This document shows, piece after piece, positions 1-9,368 of a stretch of DNA of 64,000 nt; position 1 is the stretch's first letter; each line of letters begins with the position of its first letter. The position numbers were made by a program, and so were the translations under genes. The notes under the pieces were generated by a model that was given only the letters and a program-made list of their open reading frames with translations, did not search any database and was not told the origin of the DNA. The stretch comes from Dehalococcoidia bacterium (GTDB lineage Bacteria; Chloroflexota; Dehalococcoidia; SM23-28-2; RBG-16-64-32): assembly GCA_040882565.1 (NCBI GenBank), contig JBBEAZ010000024.1:196857-260856 (forward strand). The letters are read 5' to 3'.

Positions 1-973
1 TCGCGATCATCATCGGCATCGTGACGAGGCCGGAGTTGGTCGCCGAGGAGCCGATCACTCCCTGCACGAACAGAGGGATATAGAAGAGGCTGCCCATCAT
101 CGCGAAGCCTGAGATGAGTGTCACCAGCGAGGCGACGAGAAAGACGCGGTTCTTGAACAGGTGCATCGGCAGCAGCGGCTCGTCCGTCCGCAGCTCGGCG
201 TAGGTGAAGAGGCCGAGGGCGACGACGGACCAGCCGAGGAAGCCGATGATCTGGGGCGAGACCCAGTCGTAGCGGTTGCCGGCCCATGAGAAGGCGAGGA
301 GCATCGGCACGGTCGTCGCGCAAAGGAGCATCAGGCCGCGGTAGTCGACTTTTGCCTGCGCCTCGGGCCGGATGCGCGGCATGCCGAACATCAGCACGGC
401 GAGGGCGATGCCGCCCATCGGCAGGTTGATGTAGAAGACCCAGCGCCAGTCGGCGTGGTCGGTGAGCGTGCCGCCGATGAGCGGGCCGATGACGCTGGCC
501 GCTGCGAACACGCCGGACATCAGCCCGGCCCAACGGCCTCGTTCAGAGGGCGGGAAGACGTCGCCGATGATGGCGAAGCCGAGCGACATGATCATGCCGG
601 CGCCGAAGCCCTGGACGATGCGGAAGGCGATCAGTTGCTCGATGTTTTGGGCCGAGCCGCAGAGGACGGAGCCTGCGAGAAGGAGGAAGATGCCCAGCAT
701 GTAGAACGGCTTGCGTCCGTACATGTCGGAGAGCTTGCCGACAATCGGCACGGTGGTGGTCGAGGCCAGCATGAAGCCGGTGCCGACCCAGGAGAAGAGG
801 CCGAAGCCGCCGAGGTCGGCGATGATGCTTGGCATCGAGGTGCTGACGACCGTCTGGTCCATGGCCGCCGTGAACATGCCAAGGAGCGTGCCGGTCATGA
901 CGAGCGCCTTGGTGCGGCCACCCATCTCGGCGATCGGTTGCATGCCGCCACCCATCTGTTCCGCCGCTGCCAC
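1..973 (-). CDS. MFS transporter, DHA2/EmrB-QacA-like drug:H+ antiporter (3' end beyond window)
   Basis: Not in the ORF track because it leaves the window. My minus-strand translation from 973 gives VAAAEQMGGGMQPIAEMGGRTKALVMTGTLLGMFTAAMDQTVVSTSMPSIIADLGGFGLFSWVGTGFMLASTTTVPIVGKLSDMYGRKPFYMLG...FRIVQGFGAGMIMSLGFAIIGDVFPPSERGRW...DWRWVFYINLPMGG. It is TM-rich, with an MFS motif-A-like GKLSDMYGRK and a DHA2-type WRWxFxINLP signature. GTG 973-971 overlaps the marR stop (TAGTG). Alternative ATGs at 955 and 943. Confidence 0.8.
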   Translation of the reverse strand, partial: MAAAEQMGGGMQPIAEMGGRTKALVMTGTLLGMFTAAMDQTVVSTSMPSIIADLGGFGLFSWVGTGFMLASTTTVPIVGKLSDMYGRKPFYMLGIFLLLAGSVLCGSAQNIEQLIAFRIVQGFGAGMIMSLGFAIIGDVFPPSERGRWAGLMSGVFAAASVIGPLIGGTLTDHADWRWVFYINLPMGGIALAVLMFGMPRIRPEAQAKVDYRGLMLLCATTVPMLLAFSWAGNRYDWVSPQIIGFLGWSVVALGLFTYAELRTDEPLLPMHLFKNRVFLVASLVTLISGFAMMGSLFYIPLFVQGVIGSSATNSGLVTMPMMIA

Positions 974-1431
974 TAGGGGTGCTCCTTCGATTCGACGGCG
1001 TCGAACGTCTCGGTGAGGTCCTTCAGCGCGGCGACGACGCGCTCGAGTTGCGCCTCGGTCAGACGATTGAAGAAGTCGTCGAAGCGCCGCCGGCCGGCGC
1101 TGCGCATCTGGTTGAGGGCATCGACGCCAGTGTCGGTGACGTAGTGGCGGACGAGGCGCCGGTCTTCTTCGTCGGCCTCGCGACGGACGAGTTGGTGGTG
1201 CACAAGGCGGTCGACGATGCGTGTCACGGTCGAAGGTTGCACGCCGAGGCGCTCGGCCAGGTCGCCGGCGGGGAGGCCCTGCTCCTCTTCGAGGATGGCG
1301 AGCACGCGGACCTGGCTCATCGTGAGGCCGAGGCGGGCCCAGTCGTCGAGGCGGCTGGGGTCGGACTGGGCGAAGAGGCGGCCGAAGAGCTTGAAGGCCT
1401 GGGTCTTGAGGTCGGTGTCGATTGTTTGCAT
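973..1431 (-). CDS. MarR family transcriptional regulator
   Basis: ORF 973..1605 trimmed to the ATG at 1431 (MQTIDTDLKTQAF...). Winged-helix MarR pattern LTMSQVRVLAILEEEQGLPAGDLAERLGVQPSTVTRIVDRLVHHQLVRREADEEDRRLV. It sits directly upstream of an MFS efflux gene with stop/start overlap. Confidence 0.85.
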   Translation of the reverse strand: MQTIDTDLKTQAFKLFGRLFAQSDPSRLDDWARLGLTMSQVRVLAILEEEQGLPAGDLAERLGVQPSTVTRIVDRLVHHQLVRREADEEDRRLVRHYVTDTGVDALNQMRSAGRRRFDDFFNRLTEAQLERVVAALKDLTETFDAVESKEHP

Positions 1432-1471
1432 GGGTGTTAATGTTTTACAGGGTGGCAATAGTTTAGCACAT

Positions 1472-1600
1472 GCGCCCCGCCCCCCCGGGGGAAATTGGAG
1501 AGTCGGGGGGGGGACGCCCCCCGCCCAGACGGGCCCGTAGGGAACCCCCCGGCAGCGGCTCCGCTGCACCTTAGCGTTCGGGAGTGTACGGGAGTGGTGG
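1472..1600. repeat. GC-rich palindromic intergenic repeat, copy A
   Basis: Shares a core with 22315-22422: ccccgccccc ... cgggggg(a)c(g/a)cccccg ... aacccccggcagcg..c.gctgcacct(t/c)agcgtt(c/g)gg ... cggg.gtgg. It contains self-complementary blocks (gcagcgg-ct-ccgctgc; gggggg-acg-cccccc) and long G/C runs. Confidence 0.6.
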
Positions 1601-1779
1601 TGCATAGTGCGATGCGATGGTCACGCGGCGAGACGCCTGGGGCGCAGCAACAAGAGCGAGTGCCGGGTGTGTGACCGAGGTTTTGCCGGGACCAGGGGGT
1701 AGGCAGTTGTCGTGAGGGGTTGTTGCTGCCGCCCCTACGCGGTGGGGTCGGCTGGACGCTGCGGTGATACGCTTATCTT

Positions 1780-2919
1780 GTGACTACGGAATTTGAGCCG
1801 GTGACTGAGAACGCGACGCTGAAGCGGCACATTGTGGGCGTGATCCGGGAAACGGGCGGCGGTATTCCTTTCCGGGAGTTTATGGAGCTGGCGCTATACC
1901 ATCCGACGCTTGGCTACTACAACGTGCCGCGCGAGAAGATTGGGCGGTCGGGGGACTACCTGACGTCTCCGGAGATGTCGCCACTTTTTGGGGCGATGGT
2001 TGGGCGTCAGTTGCGGGAGTTGTGGGAGCGGATGGGCGAGCCTGCACGGTTCGATGTGGTTGAGGCGGGGCCAGGGACCGGCGTTCTCGCACGCGACATT
2101 CTCGCCTGGGCCACTCGCACCGCGCCGGAGTTCGAGGCCGCTCTCAAGTACACGCTCGTTGAGACGAGCCCGGCGCTTGGTGAGCGCCAGTTGGCCACGC
2201 TCGTTGCGGAAGGCTTGAAGGCACAATTGCGAGACGAACTGCCCTCGAGAGTCACCGGGTGCATCTTGTCGAACGAACTTCTCGATGCGATGCCCGTTCA
2301 CCGTGTCGCCGTCGAAAACGGCGGCCTGCGCGAGGTCTATGTCTCGACTGACGGCGAACGGTTCAGCGAAGAACTCCGCGATCCACATCTTGATATCGTT
2401 GCGTACTTTGAAGCGCTGGGGTTGCTGCCCGGTGAAGGTTGTCGCGCTGAGGTCAACCTCGCGGCGCCGGAATGGATGACAGACGCGGCGCGGGCGCTTG
2501 AGCGTGGGTATGTGCTGACGTTCGACTACGGCTACGAAGCGTCCGAGCTGTACGCGCCGTGGCGGACCGCTGGTACCCTTCTCGGGTTCTACCGCCACAA
2601 CCCCTCGCACGATCCGTACGCACGGATCGGGCGGCAGGACATTACGGCGCATGTGGACTTCACCACGATCCGCCGGGCCGGCGAAGGGGCCGGCCTCACA
2701 ACGCTCCGCCTGACGACCCAGTCGGCATTCCTCGCCGCGCTCGGCCTGGGCGAAGCGCTGGCGGCTTCGACCGGCAGCCAACAGGATATGGAGGAGTACT
2801 TTGCGCGGCGCCGCGCTGTCACAGAGCTGCTCGATCCGGGTGGGCTCGGACGGATCAAGGTGCTCGTCCAGGCAAAGGGCGCGGGCGGGCCGCTGATGGG
2901 ACTGGCGGGAGACGAGTGA
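1780..2919 (+). CDS. MidA/NDUFAF7-like class I SAM-dependent methyltransferase (COG1565/DUF185 type)
   Basis: 379 aa, GTG start. N-terminal pattern IPFREFMELALYHPTLGYYN...GDYLTSPEMSPLFG...VVEAGPGTGVLARD...SNELLDAMPVHR...ITAHVDFT is characteristic of this family. Confidence 0.75.
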   Translation: MTTEFEPVTENATLKRHIVGVIRETGGGIPFREFMELALYHPTLGYYNVPREKIGRSGDYLTSPEMSPLFGAMVGRQLRELWERMGEPARFDVVEAGPGTGVLARDILAWATRTAPEFEAALKYTLVETSPALGERQLATLVAEGLKAQLRDELPSRVTGCILSNELLDAMPVHRVAVENGGLREVYVSTDGERFSEELRDPHLDIVAYFEALGLLPGEGCRAEVNLAAPEWMTDAARALERGYVLTFDYGYEASELYAPWRTAGTLLGFYRHNPSHDPYARIGRQDITAHVDFTTIRRAGEGAGLTTLRLTTQSAFLAALGLGEALAASTGSQQDMEEYFARRRAVTELLDPGGLGRIKVLVQAKGAGGPLMGLAGDE

Positions 2920-3377
2920 TCGTCCCGCAGCCGTGGGACCAAGCGCCCGATTTCACGCTGCCGACGACGGACGGGCCGGTTTCGCTCGGAGATCTGACGG
3001 CGCGAGGGAAGGTTGTGCTGGCGTTCTACGCGGAGGACGCGACGCCGCTTTGCTCGACGCAGGTGTTGATGCTGAAGACGGACTACCAGGTGCTGCGGGA
3101 GTTCGACGCCAACGTGCTGGCGATCAGCGCGGATGACGTCGGGACGCACCGCGCCTTCGCGGAGCGGCTCGGCGGCGTGCCGTTCCCGCTGGCCAGCGAT
3201 GAGTCGCTGGAGGTCGCGCGGCTCTACGGGGTCGCGGACGAGGAGGCCAAGCGCAGTCATCGGGCGGTGTTTGTGATCGACCAGACCGGCATGGTCGTTC
3301 ACGCCCAGCCCTGGTTCCAGCCCGGGAACACGGACCAGTTCGCCGCGATCTTCCGCGCCCTCGGGCTGGAACTCTGA
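2916..3377 (+). CDS. Peroxiredoxin (Bcp/AhpC-TSA family thiol peroxidase)
   Basis: In-frame part of ORF 2559..3377. GTG at 2916 overlaps the upstream stop (GTGA). APDFTLPTTDGPVSLGDLTARGKVVLAFYAEDATPLCSTQ carries the peroxidatic TPxC motif. Confidence 0.8.
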   Translation: MIVPQPWDQAPDFTLPTTDGPVSLGDLTARGKVVLAFYAEDATPLCSTQVLMLKTDYQVLREFDANVLAISADDVGTHRAFAERLGGVPFPLASDESLEVARLYGVADEEAKRSHRAVFVIDQTGMVVHAQPWFQPGNTDQFAAIFRALGLEL

Positions 3378-3454
3378 CCGCTCTGTGACCCACATCTCAC
3401 TCCGCGCCTCGCCAGCATGCGCTAGAATAGCCAACGCGAACGGAAGGAGCCGCT

Positions 3455-4339
3455 GTGCGGACATTCGAATACCACGCCCCGCAGACAATTGACGAAGCTG
3501 TGCGCCTCTTGCAGGCGGGAGGCGCGGCTGCGCGTCCGCTCGCGGGCGGCACGGATATCGTCGTGCAGATGAAGGAAAGCGCGACGAAGTTCCCCTACCC
3601 TGAGGCGATTGTCAGCCTCGACCGCGTGTCCGAACTGCGAGGAATCGACTTCTCCGAGTCGGAAGGTCTCCGGATCGGCGCGGGGACGACGATGGCGGAC
3701 GTCGCGGCCTCGCCGCTCGTGCGGGAGCGCTATCTGGCGCTGGCCGAGGGTGCGGGTGTTGTGGGTTCGCTGCAGACGATGAACATGGCGACGATCGGTG
3801 GCAACGTCTGCAATGCCGCGCCCTCCGCGGACACTGCGCCGCCGCTACTGGTGTACGAGGCGCAGGCCGTCGTCGTCGGCACGAATGGCCGGCGGACGCT
3901 GCCCCTCGGCGATTTCTTCCACGGCCCCGGACTCACGGCACTCGAACCGGGCGAGCTACTGGCCGAGCTGCGCATGCCGGTCCCGCCGGCGAACACGGGC
4001 GCGGTCTATCTCCGTAACACACCGCGCAAACAGATGGACATCGCCGTCGTCGGCGTTGCCGTCGCCCTAACGCTTTCGGGAGACACCATCGAGCGCGCCC
4101 GTGTGGCGCTCGGAGCCGTCGCCCCGACGCCGGTGCGAGCGATAGCCGCCGAAGCGGCGCTCGAAGGGCAACCGGCCAGCGACGAGACTTTCGCTCGCGC
4201 CGCTGAAGCCGCGGCTTCGCAGGACGCTAGGCCGATATCGGACATCCGGGCGTCCGTGGACTTCCGGCGCCATTTGGTCAAGGTGATGACGGCGCGCTTA
4301 CTGGTAGAAGCGGCGTCGCGCGCCAAGGGAAACTCATGA
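3455..4339 (+). CDS. Xanthine dehydrogenase family, FAD-binding medium subunit (CoxM/CutM-like)
   Basis: 294 aa. N-terminus FEYHAPQTIDEAVRLL...RPLAGGTDIVVQMKE plus IGGNVCNAAPSADTAP are typical of the FAD-binding molybdopterin dehydrogenase subunit. SD ggaaggag precedes the GTG. Confidence 0.85.
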   Translation: MRTFEYHAPQTIDEAVRLLQAGGAAARPLAGGTDIVVQMKESATKFPYPEAIVSLDRVSELRGIDFSESEGLRIGAGTTMADVAASPLVRERYLALAEGAGVVGSLQTMNMATIGGNVCNAAPSADTAPPLLVYEAQAVVVGTNGRRTLPLGDFFHGPGLTALEPGELLAELRMPVPPANTGAVYLRNTPRKQMDIAVVGVAVALTLSGDTIERARVALGAVAPTPVRAIAAEAALEGQPASDETFARAAEAAASQDARPISDIRASVDFRRHLVKVMTARLLVEAASRAKGNS

Positions 4340-4815
4340 TGCCGAAGCAACTGATCTCGCTCACGCTGAACGGCCTTCCCCGCGAACTTGCAGTCGAGCC
4401 GTCGTGGACGCTGCTGGAGACTGTGCGTGAGGCGCTCGACCTGACCGGGCCGAAGGAAGGGTGCGGGACAGGCGATTGTGGCGCTTGCTCGATGATCGTT
4501 GACGGGCGGCTCATCACGTCGTGCTTGATGCTGGCGCCGCAGGCCGCCGGGCGCGAAATCACGACGATCGAGGGGTTGCAAAAGAACGGTTCGCTGGATC
4601 CGGTGCAGCAGGCGTTTATTGACGCGGGTGGGCTTCAGTGCGGCTTCTGTATCCCGGGGATGGTGATGGCCGCGCGGCATTTGCTTGACCACAACCGCGA
4701 GCCGAGCCTGACGGAGATACGGGAGGCGCTCGCCGGGAACCTGTGCCGCTGCACAGGCTATACGAAGATATATGAAGCGGTGCAGCTGGCCACAGAGCGG
4801 ATGGCCGCGCGATGA
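4336..4815 (+). CDS. Xanthine dehydrogenase family, (2Fe-2S)-binding small subunit (CoxS-like)
   Basis: Two cluster motifs: GCGTGDCGACSMIVDG and CGFCIPGMVMAA...LCRCTGY. ATGA overlap with the upstream gene. Confidence 0.9.
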   Translation: MMPKQLISLTLNGLPRELAVEPSWTLLETVREALDLTGPKEGCGTGDCGACSMIVDGRLITSCLMLAPQAAGREITTIEGLQKNGSLDPVQQAFIDAGGLQCGFCIPGMVMAARHLLDHNREPSLTEIREALAGNLCRCTGYTKIYEAVQLATERMAAR

Positions 4816-4843
4816 CTACAGCGACAGCGAACGGAGTGAGTTG

Positions 4844-7156
4844 ATGGCGCAGGAAACGAAGGTCCGCGAAACGCAGCGAACGGACGCGAACGGCCACCAC
4901 GCGGTCGGTCAGCGCGTCAAGCGCCTCGAGGGCGCGGCGAAGGTCACCGGGAAGACCGTGTACGCCGACGACATCAAGTTCCCCGGGCTGCTGCACGCCA
5001 AAGCGCTGTACGCTCCGTACGCCCACGCGCTGATCAAGTCGATTGACACTACGAAGGCGAAGCAGTTGCCGGGTGTCCACTCCGTTTATACGGCGACGGA
5101 CCTGCCGCACTACAACCGCAACGACAGCAACCGCCGCAACCTCATCTTTCCGGACAAGGAAGTGCTCTTCTACGGCCAGCCGGTCGCGGCGGTGCTCGCG
5201 GAGGACCCGCACGTGGCGGAACAAGCGGCCGGGCTGATCGAGGTCCAGTGGGAGGTGCTACCCGCGGTCCTTGATCCGGTTGCGGCGATCGAGCCCGGCT
5301 CGCCGCTCGTGCGCGACCCGTTGAGCGACGTCGACCGCTCCGAGGAGCGAGGGCACGTTTCGGTTGATACGCAGGAGACAGAGCAGGAGGGCGCGCCCTC
5401 GAACATCGCTTCGCACGCGCCGTTCAAGCGCGGCGACGTTGCGGCGGGGTTTGCTGAGGCCGACGTAATCGTCGAGCGCAGCTGGAAGTCGGCGATGGTG
5501 CACCAGAGCTACATCGAGCCGCATTCGACTGTCGCTGACTATGACATCACGGGCGAGTTGAAGGTCTGGACGAGCACGCAGGCGCCGTTCTACATCCGCG
5601 ACGAACTGGCGCAGGCGTTCGACCTGCCTGAGAACCGCATCCGCATCATCGCCACCGAGGTCGGCGGCGGCTTCGGCGGCAAGATCTACCTCACCGAGCT
5701 GATGGTCGCCGCCCTGGCGATCGCCGTGAAACGGCCGGTCAAGTACATCATGAGCCGCAAGGACGACATGCTGGCCGCGACCCCGGCGCCGTTCGCCCAC
5801 ATTGACCTGAAGACCGGCATGACGAAAGACGGAACGCTGACGGCCCTCGAGGCTCGTCTGATCTACGACTCGGGCGCCTTCCCAGGCGCGCCGATGCTGG
5901 CAGGTTGCATGCTGATCGGCGGCTACTACCGCTGCGACAACATCGATATCCAGGGCTACGAAGTGCTGACCAACAAGGTGAGTGTCGGCGCCCTGCGAGC
6001 GCCCGGCGCGCACAACGCGACCTTTGCCATCGAGTCTCACATCGACATGATGGCCAAAGAACTCGGGCTCGACCCGCTCGAAGTGCGGATCAAGAACGCC
6101 GTCGAAGAGGGCGACCTGATGCCGAACGGCCAGGTGTACCCGCGCATTGGCCTGCGTGAGTGTCTTGAAGCGATTGCCGGCAGCGAGGTTTGGCGCAACC
6201 GTCGCGCCGTTGAAGCAACGCCGAACCGCGGCGTAGGACTTGCCATCGGCGGCTGGCTTGGTGGTCTGCAGCCGGCCAGCGCGATCTGTTGTCTGAACCC
6301 GGACGGTACCGTAAACGTGACGGTCGGGTCGGCGGACATCACCGGCACGAACACGAGCTTTCAGCAAATCGCGGCGGAGGTCCTCAAGCTGCCGCTCGAG
6401 ATGGTGAACGTGACGAGCGGCGACACGAAGACCGCGCCGTTCGCGGGCATGAGCGCCGGCAGCAAGACCACGTACACGGTCGGCCGCGCGGTCCTGCTGG
6501 CCGCAGAGGACATGAAGCAGCAGATGTTCGAGCTGGCGAAGCAGCGCCTCGAAGTCGAGCCGGAAGACATGGAAGTAGCTGAAGGCCGGGTGCAGGTCAA
6601 GGGTGCGCCCGACCGCGCGATGACCTTCCAGCGATTCGGCAAGCTGAGCACCAACTTCGGCGCTCCGTTCCCGGTACTTGTCGGCCGTGGCGCGATCACG
6701 GCGCGGAAGTCGGCGCCGGGCTTTACCGCGCAGGCCGCCGATGTTGAGGTGGACCCCGAGACCGGCGATATCACGCTCCACGCCTTCGCAATCGCCCAGG
6801 ACGCCGGCTTCGCGATCAACCCGCTCTCCGTCGAAGGCCAGATGCAGGGCGGCGCCAGTCAGGGCCTCGGTATCGCGCTCTGGGAGGAGATGCAGTACGA
6901 CGAGCACGGCCGGCTGCTCAACCCCAACCTCCTCGACTATCGCCTGCCGACTTCGCGGGACCTGCCGCCGATCGAGACGATCATCGTCGAAGTGCCGTCC
7001 GAGGAAGGCCCGTTCGGAGCGAGGATTGTCGGGGAGCCGTCGATCGTCGCCGGCGCTGCCGCGGTGGGCAACGCTGTCTTCAACGCCTGCGGCGCCCGCG
7101 TCGACGAAGTGCCGATCACGCCTGAACGCTTGCTGCGGGCGCTCGGCAAGCTATGA
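4844..7156 (+). CDS. Xanthine dehydrogenase family, molybdopterin-binding large subunit
   Basis: ORF 4772..7156 trimmed to the ATG at 4844 (SD ggagtgag). Contains GKTVYADDI, GGGFGGK and GEPSIV motifs of aldehyde oxidase/XDH large subunits. I did not see a CODH active-site loop (AYxCSFR / AYRGAGR), so the substrate is left open. Confidence 0.85.
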   Translation: MAQETKVRETQRTDANGHHAVGQRVKRLEGAAKVTGKTVYADDIKFPGLLHAKALYAPYAHALIKSIDTTKAKQLPGVHSVYTATDLPHYNRNDSNRRNLIFPDKEVLFYGQPVAAVLAEDPHVAEQAAGLIEVQWEVLPAVLDPVAAIEPGSPLVRDPLSDVDRSEERGHVSVDTQETEQEGAPSNIASHAPFKRGDVAAGFAEADVIVERSWKSAMVHQSYIEPHSTVADYDITGELKVWTSTQAPFYIRDELAQAFDLPENRIRIIATEVGGGFGGKIYLTELMVAALAIAVKRPVKYIMSRKDDMLAATPAPFAHIDLKTGMTKDGTLTALEARLIYDSGAFPGAPMLAGCMLIGGYYRCDNIDIQGYEVLTNKVSVGALRAPGAHNATFAIESHIDMMAKELGLDPLEVRIKNAVEEGDLMPNGQVYPRIGLRECLEAIAGSEVWRNRRAVEATPNRGVGLAIGGWLGGLQPASAICCLNPDGTVNVTVGSADITGTNTSFQQIAAEVLKLPLEMVNVTSGDTKTAPFAGMSAGSKTTYTVGRAVLLAAEDMKQQMFELAKQRLEVEPEDMEVAEGRVQVKGAPDRAMTFQRFGKLSTNFGAPFPVLVGRGAITARKSAPGFTAQAADVEVDPETGDITLHAFAIAQDAGFAINPLSVEGQMQGGASQGLGIALWEEMQYDEHGRLLNPNLLDYRLPTSRDLPPIETIIVEVPSEEGPFGARIVGEPSIVAGAAAVGNAVFNACGARVDEVPITPERLLRALGKL

Positions 7157-7210
7157 CGTTGGAACAAAGCCGCCCCAGCCGCTGTTAGAAATCATTGGAG
7201 GGTTCGCTAG

Positions 7211-8074
7211 ATGGGAATATTGATGACGCCGACGAAAGACCAGATCCGCGAATACTATCGCGGCGCTCTCGAGCGCTGCCTTGAGGCGTTCGCGAAGCTC
7301 GACGACAAGGAGTGGGGCAAGAAAGTCTCCGACGAATGGACCGCCAAGGAGCATCTCGCGCACCTCGTGGCCACGAAAGAGAAGGAGAGCCTGCCGCTGA
7401 TCCGCCAGGCGCTGGCCGGCGAGCCGCCGAACATTCCCGGCTTCGAGAAGCGCTCCGACATGCTCAAGTTCCGCGAGGACACGATGCGCGGCGCGATCTT
7501 TATGCCGACGGCTGAGTTGCTCACACGCCTGCGCACGCTGAACGAGGAAGAACTGGGGATTCTCGACTCGCTGAGCGAAGCCGATCTCGACAAGCCGGCG
7601 CGCAGTCCCGGCTGGGACCGCCCCGGCACGGTGCGCGACTTCTTCTTCGCCAGCTACCTCTTCCTGCCCGGCCAGTACCAGGAGATCCGCAAGGCGGCGA
7701 AGAAAAAGCTTCCGCACTGGATCGAAACTAGCACGCCCGACCAGGTGAACTACCAGATGGGCCGCATCTTCCACTACATGCCGCTGATCTTCCGCAGCGA
7801 TAAGGGCGCGGACGTCAACGCCACCTACCAGTTCACGATGGAAGGGGACGGCGGCGGCCAGTGGACACTCGCCATCGCCGCGGGCAAGGCCGACGCCGCC
7901 GACGGGGAAGCCCCGAGTCATGACGTCGAGATCAAGACGAAGCCCGAGCTGTGGATCGACCTGACCAACGGCGAGCTTAACCCGGCGCTGGCGATCATGA
8001 CCCGTAAGGTCAAGATCGGTGGCAACGCCGGCCTGGCGATGAAGCTCAGCGACTTCTTCTCCGCCGAGGGGTAG
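7211..8074 (+). CDS. DinB-like N-terminal domain + SCP2 sterol-binding-like C-terminal domain protein
   Basis: N-terminus WTAKEHLAHLVATKE is like a DinB/MDMPI four-helix-bundle His motif. C-terminus KPELWIDLTNGELNPALAIMTRKVKIGGNAGLAMKLSDFF is the typical SCP2 end. Confidence 0.6.
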   Translation: MGILMTPTKDQIREYYRGALERCLEAFAKLDDKEWGKKVSDEWTAKEHLAHLVATKEKESLPLIRQALAGEPPNIPGFEKRSDMLKFREDTMRGAIFMPTAELLTRLRTLNEEELGILDSLSEADLDKPARSPGWDRPGTVRDFFFASYLFLPGQYQEIRKAAKKKLPHWIETSTPDQVNYQMGRIFHYMPLIFRSDKGADVNATYQFTMEGDGGGQWTLAIAAGKADAADGEAPSHDVEIKTKPELWIDLTNGELNPALAIMTRKVKIGGNAGLAMKLSDFFSAEG

Positions 8075-8085
8075 CAGTCGCGCGA

Positions 8086-8676
8086 ATCACGGCCATCCTC
8101 CTCGCCGCCGGCGAGTCGGTCCGCATGGGCACGCCGAAGCCGCTCCTCCAGTGGCAGGGTACGACGCTGATCGAGTACCAGATTGCGCAACTGCGTGAGG
8201 CGGGCGTCGATGATGTCGTGGCCGTGCTCGGCCATCGCGCCGGCGACATCGCGTCCCTTGTCGACACCACCGGTGCCCGCGCGGTCATCAACGAACGCTA
8301 CGCAGAGGGTCGCGCGTCTTCACTCCGCGCCGGCGCAGGGGCGATTGGCGCTGACCGCGAGGTGATCGTCATCCTCAGCGTCGACCAGCCGCGTCCAGCG
8401 AGTGTTGTCCGCCGACTGCTCGCGGAGCACAGGTCCGGCATCACCATACCGACGCACGAAGGCCGTCGCGGGCACCCGGTGGTGCTCGATGCGTCGGTCC
8501 TGCCGGAACTCCTGAAGGTGACCGAAGAGACGCTAGGACTGCGCGGCGTCATCGCCCGTCATGAGGCGGAAGTTCACGAAGTGCCGTTCGATTCTGGGTT
8601 CGTTCTGCTTGACGTGAACACACCGGAGGAATACGAAGAAGCGAGGAAGAGCTACGCCAGCGAGGTGATCACATGA
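8086..8676 (+). CDS. MobA-like NTP transferase, probable molybdenum cofactor cytidylyltransferase (MocA-like); start uncertain
   Basis: The first ATG is at 8125, but the in-frame upstream sequence encodes ITAILLAAGESVRMGTPKPLL, the nucleotide-binding LAAGxSxRMG motif. No ATG/GTG/TTG lies between the in-frame stop at 8005 and 8125, so I used ATC 8086 as a provisional start. The gene is adjacent to a molybdoenzyme operon that would use an MCD cofactor. Confidence 0.7.
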   Translation: MTAILLAAGESVRMGTPKPLLQWQGTTLIEYQIAQLREAGVDDVVAVLGHRAGDIASLVDTTGARAVINERYAEGRASSLRAGAGAIGADREVIVILSVDQPRPASVVRRLLAEHRSGITIPTHEGRRGHPVVLDASVLPELLKVTEETLGLRGVIARHEAEVHEVPFDSGFVLLDVNTPEEYEEARKSYASEVIT

Positions 8677-8984
8677 AAGACATGGGCCACTACGAAATCC
8701 TCTCCCACGTCTCGATGCCGGAGTGCAGCATCCGCATCATCCGCATGCACCAGCAGGAGCACGTCTCGCCGCACTACCACCAGAACTGCGCCCAGGTGTA
8801 CACCGTCCTCGAAGGCCAGGTCGAAGCCCGCGTCACGGGCGTCGATATGCGCCTGCGGCCGTATGAGACGGTCCGCGTGGAGAAAAACGAGGTGCACAGC
8901 ATCCGCACGATCGAGGGCGAGGCGCTGGTGATGTCGCTGTCGATACCGCCGCTGGACCCGAGCGACCAGCACGTCGCGGAGTAG
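8673..8984 (+). CDS. Cupin domain protein
   Basis: 103 aa. HVSPHYHQNCAQVYTVLEG...VRVEKNEVHSIR matches the two-motif cupin pattern (G(X)5HxH...; ...H). ATGA overlap with the upstream gene. Confidence 0.7.
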   Translation: MKDMGHYEILSHVSMPECSIRIIRMHQQEHVSPHYHQNCAQVYTVLEGQVEARVTGVDMRLRPYETVRVEKNEVHSIRTIEGEALVMSLSIPPLDPSDQHVAE

Positions 8985-9019
8985 CAAGGGTCACGAGACA
9001 TGTTGGCAACTCCTCACAA

Positions 9020-9367
9020 TTGCGCACAGCAGCGGTTCACTTCCCTATAATCTGTACGGTGGCGCAGTCGAAACTCTTCCGACAATCGGTGGCTGCGATA
9101 GACCTATCGATTCAGAGAGCCACACCGGATGTGCCAGATGACGGTTGGTTTTATGTGGTGTTTCAGGGTCTAATCAAAGGCAGATTTCGTCAAAAGAAGC
9201 AGGCAGAGATTTTGTACAAAGGCATCCTCAACGAGACTGGGTACAAGCCAGACCCGCCAGCGCCCTCCTCTCGAAACGAGGCCGTTGAGGGCTATCTCGA
9301 CGAGGTAGAAAATTATTGGCTGGACAGCCACAAGCACACACGACGCGGCGGCAAGGGGCGGTATTAA
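9020..9367 (+). CDS. Hypothetical protein, first gene of the low-GC R-M island
   Basis: ORF with visibly lower GC. Its stop lies 1 nt before the methyltransferase ATG. Alternative leaderless GTG start at 9059, 7 nt after a TATAAT box (9046-9051). No recognisable domain. Confidence 0.4.
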   Translation: MRTAAVHFPIICTVAQSKLFRQSVAAIDLSIQRATPDVPDDGWFYVVFQGLIKGRFRQKKQAEILYKGILNETGYKPDPPAPSSRNEAVEGYLDEVENYWLDSHKHTRRGGKGRY

Positions 9368-9368
9368 A

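Noticed and set aside
1606-1779. Short similarity between the marR-MidA spacer (tgctgccgcccctacgcgg) and 19225-19245 (tgctgcgcccctacgacg).
   Set aside because: Only about 14 matching bases in very GC-rich DNA, which is compatible with chance.
5258-6907. Very long antisense or alternate-frame ORFs in the track. Examples: 5258..6907 (-), 21680..24118 (+), 16711..17781 (-), 11734..13059 (-), 34731..35669 (-), 48281..49342 (-), 50513..51601 (+), 54871..55683 (+).
   Set aside because: They overlap genes with unmistakable family signatures on the other strand or frame. They are Arg/Ala/Gly/Pro/His-rich with no motifs. Such ORFs are expected in high-GC DNA, where stop codons are rare.
3455-7156. 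Calling the three-subunit molybdoenzyme a carbon monoxide dehydrogenase (coxMSL).
   Set aside because: The gene order matches cox. However, I could not find the CODH active-site loop (AYxCSFR for form I, AYRGAGR for form II) in the large subunit. I kept the generic xanthine dehydrogenase family call.
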